Below, piece by piece: positions 13,082-25,000 of a stretch of 64,000 bases of DNA. The notes beneath the pieces are model-generated. The model was not told the origin of the DNA, made no database searches, and saw nothing but the letters and a program-made list of their open reading frames with translations. Every line of letters starts with the position of its first letter. Position 1 is the first letter of the stretch. Origin of the DNA: Balanoglossus misakiensis (taxonomy: Eukaryota > Animalia > Hemichordata); contig CM082578.2 of NCBI GenBank assembly GCA_040954595.2, positions 10,857,166 through 10,921,165 on the forward strand. The letters run 5' to 3'. A program made the position numbers and the translations under genes.

Positions 13082-16000
13082 TCAGACTGACGTTTCGTTA
13101 CTGCTGTTTCTGCAAAGAAAATAAGAAATAAAAATGTTATCCTTTTGAAACTGGCTGTTCAGGGCATATTGAAGTGTTTAGAACACAAGAGCAGCTTTTT
13201 TTGAAAAAGATGAGAAAGTTAAAATATTTGAAAACTGTAGTTGCTTTTCTTTTGAAAAACTTATGTTGACTTGGCATAGTTAAAGGCCCTACTGTTTACT
13301 TGGTAGAAGCGCAGACACAGCATCCGAGAATATTGTGAGATAACAAAGCGTGACTTACTCCGAGTCGGATAGGTTTCCGTTTGGTCTCAAAACTTGCACC
13401 GCTATCCTGTCGGAGCCAGGCACCGTCATCGGCGCTTTGGAGAGAGTGGACGACTGAGGAATACTAGTACTGCTGGACACTAGCGAGGAGTGACTCTGGC
13501 GGGGAACACCGTCATGGTTGTTCGCGATGTCGTTGTATTTGGGAGGGCCGCAGTTGTCGGGTAAACTGTCCACCCTCTCGGGAATGGGAAGAGGAATGAT
13601 GTTTCTATTACTACCATTGACTGTGGGAGAGAGAAAAAAAAGATGCTCTTATAAAATCTGTCGGCATTGAGAACGTATCACAAATGACATCACAGGTCAT
13701 GACGGGGTCAGGGTGCAAAGTACGTGTTAAAGGATGACTGTGGATCTACAAACATAAATTAAAGGAATGCCACGAGGTATATCTGTGATACGGAGGCATT
13801 TTGAACAATGCAATCAGTATTTGTGACAAATGTGAGCTCTTCTATACAATTATTTGAAAATTCCATCACTTTATGACCAGACAGTGCTCTCGAGAAATGT
13901 GATTTTTTTCAGATAATATTTTGAATGTTTATCACTGTTGTGTTCATATAGAATGTTGTAATCTTGTACTTACACTTACCATCTCTAGGTGGCGCTGGTG
14001 AGTTTGATAAATTACTACTTGATAAATTAGTGCCCGACGTATTCGTATTTGTTTTGTAAGTTCTGTTCAAATCGTTTAATTCCCTCGATCCCTTCTCTCC
14101 ATTGATCTCCTTGCTAACTTTTAAAATTCCCGGTCGAACCTTGGGCTTTTTGGTTTCGCTCTCGCTGGCTGAGGTAGAAAACGGCTCTCCTGGCCACCGG
14201 CTCTTTGGAGTATGGTTTTCTACTGGCGTTGCATTCACCCCTAAAGACAGACAGAGAAAATTGCGACAGTTAGTTGGAACTTCAAAAAACTAGGTATTGC
14301 TCTTTGTAATGCTGAAACAGTGCCCCAGCTTAAGTGTACGTGCACAAATCTGAATATTCAGAGTTCAAAGTTCAAAGCACCTTTCACTTTTCACATCATT
14401 GCACTCTCATTTTACACAAGGTAATCCACAGCTGAAATCACACTTTTGTTGTAATTTTTACACACGATTGGAAGAAAGTGAAAGGAATCATTGAACTTTG
14501 AACTTGTGACCTTAGCAAATCCTTAGCAACCACAGTCACAGTGGTGCACAGCACATTGCATTTTGTTCTTTTTTTGGTGCTATTTTTCAATTTTACTTGT
14601 CCCAGTGCATTATATATTCTTTGCAGCCACTAGCACACGCTTTCCAGTTTTGTGAATTTTTTTTTGAGTAACACATATATAGTGTGTATGATTTTTTCAG
14701 TCTGTGCTCTGCTAATTTCCATCACTGCCCTGGGACACAGAAACTGTGTATAAATCATTTAATTCTCACAATAAACAACACAGAAGTTTAACGAGTGAAA
14801 AAACACAACTGTTACAGTATTCTGTAGCAGAACACAAGGTGATCCCAAATTTCATTGATATTCCCTGGAGATCATGATGATTGGACAGAAAATTTTGGTA
14901 TGGAAAAAAAGATTGCGTCTTAAGGACAAATGCCTGACTTTGTGGAAACTCACATCAGTGATGCTTTGGAACTAAATCTGAAGATTGAAAAGAACTGAAT
15001 AAAGAAAACACTCCCAAATTCTTTTTTAGGTGGGGGGGGGGGGGGGTGTCAAAATGAAATCTAGGTACAACTCTAATGAAACCACATGACGAAGACACAT
15101 TTGACCAACGACCTATGACACACTGAACACCAAAGAACACTGACGTGGCTGCCTTACCAGGGTTGAAATTCCAGTCAACTGTTATAGAGGACAGAGATAT
15201 TTACATGAAAAGAAATGAGATGAGAATCGTAAGATGACAGAATAAAGAAAGGTGAACTACAGTGTCTTATAGTTAGCTGTGGCAGCACGCTGTGAGATTA
15301 GACACATATGTTAGCTATGACTTCGGGTCAACGTACCCTTCCCAACCCCACCTGACCTGGCAGAATGAACGAACCCAATGCAGAAACCAATGGGGAAGGT
15401 TCCATAATGCGAAGGTATGTGGGGGTGAGAAGGGTGGCAGCTGCTGTTGTTATCATGGACAAGGCTGGGCAAAATTAATGCACAGCAACATTTTCTATCA
15501 CACTCAACAGAGCAGCATTTATATATATATACTTTTTTAGTGTTTTAATGTCTTTGTGCTGAGTTAAGATTATAAGTGTTGGAGTGCAAAAGGCACACAG
15601 AAACGTTGGAACAAAACCAGAGCGGCTGAAATATACACCTGTACTGTTGGTATGGGAATGCCAGGGTGGGAGATAGTTCTTACCAGGCCCATAATACCAC
15701 TCTGAACCACGGGGGGAAAAAAGACAGTTTGCAAGAAAAAAATGGAACGTCGGTTAGAACAGGTATAAACTGTTATGGGTGGATATGGAAAAAAAAATAC
15801 CTGATTGAAAAAAAGGACATTTTTCTAAAAATCTGTTTGTGAATTGGTTTCTCTTATTGTCTTTTTTAGGTGTGCTTATGTACAACAAGTACATTAGCAC
15901 GCCTAATGCTGTTCACATCAAGCATCGGCTTGTTATTGGGTTTATTTTCATGGCAGATATTTGTTAGAAATGACATACTAATGCGGCAGTTATAATGATT

Positions 16001-19000
16001 TGGTGATGCACATCTTGGGTCAATAGAATGAGTGGTTGTCATGCATACCTTTGGGTGTACTGTGCATTGTGGGCTGTACATTATGTACGGCATTAAGTCT
16101 CTCTGTAAAGGCAAATTTTGGAGAGAGAAAAAAAATCATGCAGTTAGTCAGGTTGTGATGTTGGAATGAGAACAAGCTACAAATCAATTTTATCAAACAT
16201 TCCTTATTCAAAAAGGTGACGCAAAAGTACAAAAACAGAATTGTAAAATCCACAGGCTCATTCACCTCTTTACCAAAATGGTTTAGTCCAACTATATTGA
16301 GTTCAATGGCAATACTGGACCTCTCCACAGGGAGATGGGAGTGGAACAGTAAATGCAGAAGTGCAGACATGTTACAGTATGGCAGCAAGACAGTAGTAGT
16401 GGTACTTCAAAGACAAAACTTACCATTAGTTTTATTTGGCATTTTCTGCCAGTCTCTCCTCTTGCCTCCCCCTTCATCCTCTTCATCCGAGGAGTGCGAC
16501 GAAGCAAGCGACATATTGTCTTGTTCTCTTCCTACCGAAAGATCACTCTCCGAGTCAGACTCGTGTGTGCCTAAACAGATGGACGTAAGCAAACAGACAG
16601 ATGATCAGAGAACTTCAAACCTATTTCAAATTCCTCGGGAACTACAACTTGAAAGTTAGTTTACAGTAGAGTGGGGGATGGCGACAAATACGAAGATGAC
16701 CATATTTTCACAGGAGAATCTGCAACCCAGCAGTCAATCCTACCTAAAGAGAATGGAATGACCCCAGTGCTGCTAGGCTACATTTCTATACAAGCCGAGT
16801 CCATTTAACTGGTATAGGGGTGGGAGGTGACAGAGTTTGAAATGAAAGAAAACATGCACGGAATGGAAGACGGCAAGCAAGTGACTTAGCATGGACAGGA
16901 AAGAAGTGAAAAGACTGATCATTTCTTTTTACAGTTATGAGTGACCGAGACATTGCAAATTAACTGTAAGATGCACCTAAAAAAACGTATTTACAATATC
17001 AAACGATAAAAAAAATGTAGCAGAAATCTTTAAATTGTGAAATAGAGCTTTCTTCTGTCAATATTTTTTTTGGTAAGAAGGTGCATCTTACGGAAATAAT
17101 TTGAACGAGATGACAAATCCCCTTACCCCTTCTACTACCACCACTGCCAACCTTATTAGCATAATACCAAGCTGCAAAGGAATCGGATGCCAAAAGACGC
17201 AGGGAGGGGAGAAAAAAAAGATCACTTGTTAGCGAGGTGATCGACCTTCGTAAACCTGCAACTGCTGGTCGGAAGGCAGAGAAGAGACTTGAGTGGATGA
17301 GGAGAGAGAAAACAAGAGAGTGAGTGAGTCTGACTGTAAGTAGTGTGTGTGTGTCTGAACGATCAAGAAAATGATGTGATGGCGCCCTCTGTGGTGAACA
17401 GGCGTCCAGTCGGGAGGCTATCGGTTGTACCAGTGCTGAAAATGGTACGCTGCATGATATGCAAATGAGAGTGAGATACGCAACGAGGCAATCGGCTGGC
17501 TAGTTGACTTAACTACCGGTGCAAACGCAAACTTACCCAACAAGCGGACATTCTTAGGGTCGGCTTCCCCAGTATCAGGATCTGTGTGGTCAGAAAGAAA
17601 ACGACACAAAAATCGATGAAAAAAATATATTATCTACTGTCACATCAAGGTGTGAAAGATATTCGGAAGAATGCTATGTGGTATAAACATGTATGACTTC
17701 TCACGATGGATGTGTAAATGTAGATATATTACATGACTGGCCGTGTATTGTTGCTATTAAAGTTCTATGGAGCCACGCTGTGCTAATTTTTTTTCTTGAA
17801 TAACGGACAGAGATTATTAGACTGTTAAAAATGCAAGCACAGATCACAACTACAAGTTACGAAGTAGATCATGGGGAGTGGTTTGCCAGACATGAGATAA
17901 AATAAATAAATTAATAAATAATAATAACCATAAAAGGATATAGAGCGGTATTCTATGAGCAGATAATTTTCTACATTCTATAGTAAGTAGTGTTTTAAGG
18001 AGACTATATCTAGTAACGAGTGCATACCATCAGGTTTAGGCTTGAGGTTATTGAAGTCGAAACCACGATAGGCAGCTGTAGGGAAAGATAAACACATTGC
18101 AATTCTAGTAAGTCTGGCAGAAATAAAGGGGCAGAGTACGAATTAACGTCCAGAATACATCTACTGCATCTTTTTTTCTTTTGTTTTAAAAGGCAATTAT
18201 GGTAAAAAGCGATGGTTATGAAGTCAATGTGGGAGTTGTTTTTTTACATAGCTTGTGGACAAGATGGCACCCATATGAAAGCCGACTACATGTAGTTTGA
18301 ACATGGATGTGATGGTTTGGTGAAGGGTGCCATCGATGCAATGACGATAACCACAAAAGCTTGGCAAACTCAGAATGTGACCTCTTTGTGTGTGTACATG
18401 TGTGTGTGTGTATGTATCAGTACGTCTGACACTGGACAAACCCATGTATGATACTTTGTTAACTACATGTTCTATTCAAATACACAACTTGTATTCTCCT
18501 CCAATGGAATACACTTTTGGGGTAAGTTTTTCAACATAGTACTATTAGTCTGAACAACTGTCAAGATGGCAGACTCATTCCTTGTTTGCCAAGCACAGAC
18601 ACATAACAAGAACATCTGACACAACATACACCAGAGACTATGCCCCACTGAATTTATCTTAATTATACATTTCTTTGTAAGACACAATTTAAACTCCTAA
18701 AGTGCTGTATCTCTAACTTCCCTGATACATGTATTAAGAATCCATGTCAGTACGAGAACAACTACGTAAAGAAAGTCTACGGTCCAAAAAAGGGTCAAAA
18801 TAAAAAATAGGAAATTCATGCAGTATGTTCAGTCATACATACCACATCAAAATTGACTTTCAGAAAGAGAGGAAACAAGTACACTGTATTTTAAGAGGGA
18901 TGTGTACATTTGTTAGTGGTATGATAAGTTCTACTTTTCTTTGCTTTCAACATTAACTTTTCTCCCCGACTCAGAAATTAATATTAATTAAAAGTAAAAC

Positions 19001-22000
19001 TGTTCAGACCTACACTTACAATTATTATTTTTTGTATAGTGTATCTTATTATCAATGTAATTCAATTCAAAGATATTTACTGCTCTTAAATTTACATAAA
19101 ATTAGCATAGATCCAACTGAAATTCCCTCAAGACAACCTGTCAATTTTTGTATAAATTAGCATATAATCTGCATGCTCTAATTTGCATTCTGCATTTCAG
19201 TAATTCAAATGCCATTAGACATGACAACAGTTTACCAGTAAGAAAATTAGCATAAAATTAGCATACACGCTAATTTGAATACCGCAACTCATTAGTCATT
19301 CAAATATCCCTTGGGATGACTACAGCTACATTTACATGATTTTTTATATGGTACATACGTGCAGCATAATCTGGTGCTGATGGAGGTGAGGTAGTTGATG
19401 TGCTGGTGTTGCGGATGTAGCCGTCAGGACGATACAAATTACTAGTACTAGTTTTACTAGTGGTCCTACTGCTACCTGTGGATCCCGTCGACGTGCCGAT
19501 GTTGAACCTGGCCGGGGTGCCGTCGCGGGAGGAGTAAGCCAGTGCTGATCGCTGTTGGCAGGAACACAAGAAAGAGTTGCTACTGCTGTTGTGATTTGGG
19601 GAATAATCTCAATCACACTCACTGTGATGGCCTTTGACCTTTTTATTTGACGAAGTATTTTGGAATGCAGGCGTCAACATCTCCTTCCGTACACGTCAAC
19701 ATCAAGATGGCTTCTTTGAGAGAGAATTTTGAGACACCACTGTATAGTGGTTTTATACAAAGATATTTTTGAGAACGTTTTTCTCTGTATAAGTTTCTTA
19801 TTACTGATATGAATATGAGCACCAGCAGAGAGGCAGTTTCTCCCTTACCATGAAAGTTGTCTCAGCTGCATAAGTTGCATCAAGAGGTCCCTTCTTGCCG
19901 CGCATTCGGGCAAACTTCTGCTGCCAGCCGAGTCGTACCTGAAATGCACAACAAATATGCGTTTGTTTGTTTGTCTGTGTGCTGATGTTCTCAGACTGTG
20001 TGAATAAGGACGTGCTCAAGACACATCTGGGCCGTTGAAACATGCTTTTATTAGGGGGTCTTTTGATACACAGACACCTTTCAGACCTTTGACGTGTCCG
20101 TGTCTTTGACCTTTGACACGGCCTTTGAGACGACCCCCAGCAGACAGACAGTGCAGTCTCACCTGTAGATTGAACATGCAGTGGAACAGGAAGATGAAGC
20201 AGCCTTGGAGGCAATTGAAGATGGCAAACAGATAATGGAACATGGGGATGTCTTGATTGACTGCCAGGATGCCAAACACCCAGGTGGATCCAAGCAGAGG
20301 CAGCAACACAGCAGCAGCTATCAAACCAGATCTGAAACAATATAAATACAAAATTAAAAAACAAAATTATAGCCAGCAAAAATTTTATGAAGACTGAAAT
20401 AATTGATTTGGTGAGCTCTAGATGAAGTATCATCTACATCGCCCTTTTAATTAGATTTATTAGCAAGAATAAATCCTTAAAATAAAAACCATCAGGCAAC
20501 AAAGGCAATGGCTTTAAACAAAACTGCAATAGAGGGGAACATGCAAAATATTATCATTTTGTACTGACTGATAATAACAATGCATTTTTTAAACCAGACA
20601 ATTTTATGTCCATAAGCACACTTGTTTACTGAAAGGCACTGGTTTGAAAAAAAAAATTGCTGAAAATTATGTGGCTGAAACTGAATAACAGAATTTCACA
20701 GGACTTTTAGATATATACAGACATAAATTAATAATTATAATTTCAACGATGCTCAATAAAGGACACAATTGTATAGAAAGTCACAGTCATGCAGTACAGC
20801 CACGTCACACCGTACGCCTCCAAACACAGGATGGAGGTTTACTTACGTAAGTGTGCTACAATATTGTCACAGGGAAGGAGAGATGGAGAGAGAGAGAAGT
20901 GAAACGGGAAAAGAATGACCCACACCAAGTTAGTACGGTCAGAGAAAGTGAAAACGAGAGAAATGACCGGAAGTGACGCTAAACTTCATGTGTCTGACAT
21001 GCACACCAGATGTACGACGACTATAACACAATGCACTGATTGGTTGCCCATATAGTGGTGAAATTTGCATACAACTTACTTCAGGGTGCTGAACTCTGGA
21101 TCTTTGGATCTTGATTGGATCGTGGCTTTGACAGCCATGAAGAACACGATCAGGTTCAACTGAAAATTGAAGATGGCAAAGTGAAAATTATCTTTACTAC
21201 AGAAGTAGGATGATCTGTGATTCGTTAGCATCATTTCGGTTTAGTGATTCCCCCCCCCCCCAAACAAGACGGTACCTGTACCGAATTCATGACACACGTA
21301 AAAGTATGTAGAACATCATTCATAATCATATCCCCATATTCAACTCGCCAGTGTGGTACATGTATTTCCTTTCTTTCCAGAGAATTTCCTTGTACAATAT
21401 TAGGTTTCAATAAAACTTACCCCAAATACTATTAGCACAGGTCCAGCAAAACTCCAAATCAAATTGTCGTCAGTGGATAACCAACAGCTGTAGGTACAAA
21501 TAGTTTTCAGATGATGAAATCACAATGACAATAATCAGTAATACGCAGTGGGCCATTGCAAAAAAATGTTGACCTGAATACTCACAAGTGTTCCCCACTC
21601 CGATTGATTTGTTTTCCGTACTTGTCTTCACTCAAGCCGACCGCGAGACTGACAATCACCAAGGGCAGCCCCCAGCCAATGACGTAATAGAACTTCATCT
21701 GGCCACGGTTGATGTTCTTGACCTCAGTCAACATGCGGTAGAGGTGGAGACCTTCCACGAACATCCAGGCAAAGGCGGCCATGAAGAAGTAGTGGAGTGC
21801 TATGGCAACCAGTTTACAGGCCAGCTGTGATGGGATGGGAAGAGTGTTGAAGTGTGTTGTTAGATTAGCACAGTGAGTGAAGTTCTTCCAATTAAACATG
21901 TATTCTTTAGAATTAATTTGCGCAAACAAATTACCGGTAATAGCACTAAGAGGTTTCATTTCACGAACACATCAAACCCCTTGGGATCAGAGAAATCAAC

Positions 22001-25000
22001 AGTCACTTACGCTGATGGTGGTGTCGATGCCCAGCAGGAAGACCAACTCGGCTACAAAGAGCGAAATCACCAAGTTGATGTGGATGGTGTTGGTGTTCGA
22101 TCGCAGGTTGGGCAGGCAGGTGAACGTGATGAGGGACAGCAGAAGGGCCAGGAGAGAGATCGCGATGCCTACGTATGTGATGAGCTGCAGCGCCATCTTG
22201 TCTGTCAGAGCAACCGGGATTGGTGAAGCGTCCATCAACACTGCAAAGTGGGTCATGTGCTTGCAGGAGCAGTTGACACGATTTGTCGATTTGTTGTGAG
22301 ACAGAAAGCTGCATCCCTTAGACGACCAGCCTCCACCAACGTCATTCCTACAAGTTCACACAGAGACAAGTATTTGTCAAATCAAAAATTTCCTTGCCAG
22401 GTATCCATATCAGGGATAGCATATTTTGAACAGCACTCCCTTTATACAGGTATACATCAAAAGAAATGGCACACTTTACTCTCAAAGACACAGACAAACT
22501 GATAAACACTGGCGAATCTCACAACAAAACAACAAACATAGATAAGTAACTTACAAGTCATAGTCCCAGTACACACACTGAGGATCACTGCGGTTGACGC
22601 TTGTCTCAAGTTCAAAGTCGATGACGATTGGCGACGGCAGTGGATTTGGCAATGGCCCCTCTGCTTTGCCATCGTACAGAGTCAAAGATATCACAGCTGT
22701 GTTCAGCTGTAATTTGTCATGAACCCTGCAACACAAAATGTTTGAAAAAATGTTTTTGTAATGACTTCAGATAAACGCTAAATTCTCTTGATCATATGGT
22801 TTAGGACAATTACACATAGCAAAATCTTGTACAAAACAAACCCCTCCAGCACCCTGTCCCAAAGGATTAATTACCTAATTTTCAAAATGTGACAAAACTG
22901 AATAACAATTTAAGATGATAGATGATGATGTCAACAGTGTAAATGATGGTTAATTAATGTAATAATCAAACACACGACGAAGTGTCACTGTTGATTAATT
23001 TGATAGTCCTCAAAAACATCTGTGTCAACGCCATAAGGTCCCTTGGTATAAAAAAGGAACATATCTTGTATTTGTTTAATTGCCCCTGACCATGCTTAAT
23101 AACAACATTCATTATATTCTGGTATTTGCAAATATATTAATCATAATCAATATCTGATGACACAGGCTGACAAACGCAGCCATGCATCATGTATGGATGA
23201 AAACTAGCGTCGCGTGGTATTAAATTTCACATTGTACGTTCTACTTTTCAACTCACTTGACGGTGCTGATGTCATAGGTCCGTGGCAGGAGTTTGCCCAT
23301 CGATGGAAAGGTCAGCCACGATGTTACAGCAATATTTGCATCAATGTCGACCTCGTTGCTGGGCGTCTCCGCCTTGGGAACCAGGATGTCGGTGGGGAGC
23401 TTGATCACCGTGGAGTCGGTCCGTTGGTTGAACAGGCCGCCGTTATACTGAGGTACGACTGCTCCAGTGAAGTCGCTTCTCAATATGACGTCGAGACTGA
23501 AAACTGGGTAACAAATGAAAAAAAAACCACATAAGTTGCAATGCAAAACTTCTCGCACTTCCAGAAATATTATTAAATGTCAATTAAAATGAGCAACTGA
23601 GAAAAAAGTTTCTTTGCAGCAGATATTTATCTTTGCATGTATTATACCGCCGATATACTAACTCTCTGCATCACTAGACATTCAAAGGACTTGAGGGGGC
23701 ACAAGGAATAATCTCACTGTTGCCAGTAAAAACGTCACCACCGCCACCACCATGGCAAGTGTGGATCACTAACTTATATACCACTCCTGAAACACTTACC
23801 GATGTTTGGCATGACTATGGCAAATGGTTCCGTCAGGGAAGCTTTCAAGTTCCTGGCCAGGTTCTCTCCGTACATCTCAAACTTTCGCATCAAGTCCGCC
23901 GATCCACCCGACGACTTCTGAATGTTTCGCCAGTGCTCTTCGTTCTTCTGGTCCAGAATGGTGCTGGTGCTTTCCAGAATATTCTGTAACACAATTTGTT
24001 CAAAATATTAAACACTGAACAAATCACTATCCTACTGCAGTCCTCAAGGCAATATTTGGCATGATAACTATTTCATTATAGGACACCATGAAGTGTGTAT
24101 TTATTTATATGAATTTTACATCACGGCAAGTGTGGGCTCAAGAGGGCACTTTCTGACTCTGCAATGTTTGTGATCACAGCTTCTGTCAGTGTGATTTATA
24201 ACTGTTGGATGCTACAAAGAGAACCTTTCTGGAAGAACACTGGGGTAAGCATCTACCTTGGTGAAGAGGATGTCCCTCTTGGCCGTCAGCTCAAAGCCTT
24301 CCTGTTCACTCTCGTACTCCAGCACCAGGCTGGTGATCCTGAAGGCGATGTTGATGTCGTTGCCGTAGAACTCGGGAGTCTCAGTGGTCGCCAGCTGCAG
24401 CTCGGCAGCTATCTCAATGGCAAACTCTGTGGACAGTTGCTTCTTGCCAGATTCTAGGTCAGTCAGCTGCAGAAATGGAAACAGAGGCGAGAATATGCAT
24501 AAACAATTGCTTTTTAAAGGCACGTAAGCTGCAACTGGATAAAAAATTAAAGTTTTAAATAACCTCATATATGCTTCTCTTCCTCTTCAAAATGGAGCGA
24601 CAGAATAAGGGGGTACTTCACCACGTCCCAACATTCATTGGCCAACGCAGAGTGACGTTCTGACATGCCAACAAATCACAACATAGTGAGGGCAACACAC
24701 TAGCCAAGAAACCAGTGGCAATCGACTCACCATGGAGGCTAACTGCTCAAACGTGTCAGACGTGCAGTTGAAGAGATCCATTTCCAACCAGCCGGACTCC
24801 TTGTCGCACGGTCTCGTAGCGTAACCAGTGGATCCGACCGGGCACGGTTCGACGGCCACCTTGCCGAAGGATGTCTGCGGCCACCACATGTTGCCAGCGT
24901 AGTTCTTGGGACACGCCTTGTAGATCACTGCACAAAAAGAAAGAAAACGGGAACTCTCACAAATGAATTAAGTAAAAAGCCATCAATCATGCTATTTTTT

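Noticed and set aside
17418-17449. TGCAG acceptor followed by [10 protein letters not shown]-stop, or a 19-nt exon with GTACAA donor
   Set aside because: Frame-breaking with a weak donor; cannot be supported, though worth including in a junction library.
18843-18856. 14-nt AAG|...|GTATGT pseudo-exon, and an 11-nt one near 18766-18776
   Set aside because: Not multiples of 3 singly or together; weaker signals than the accepted microexons.
19801-20433. 210-aa minus-strand ORF
   Set aside because: Chance read-through of intron and an off-frame exon; only its end coincides with a real CELSR exon.
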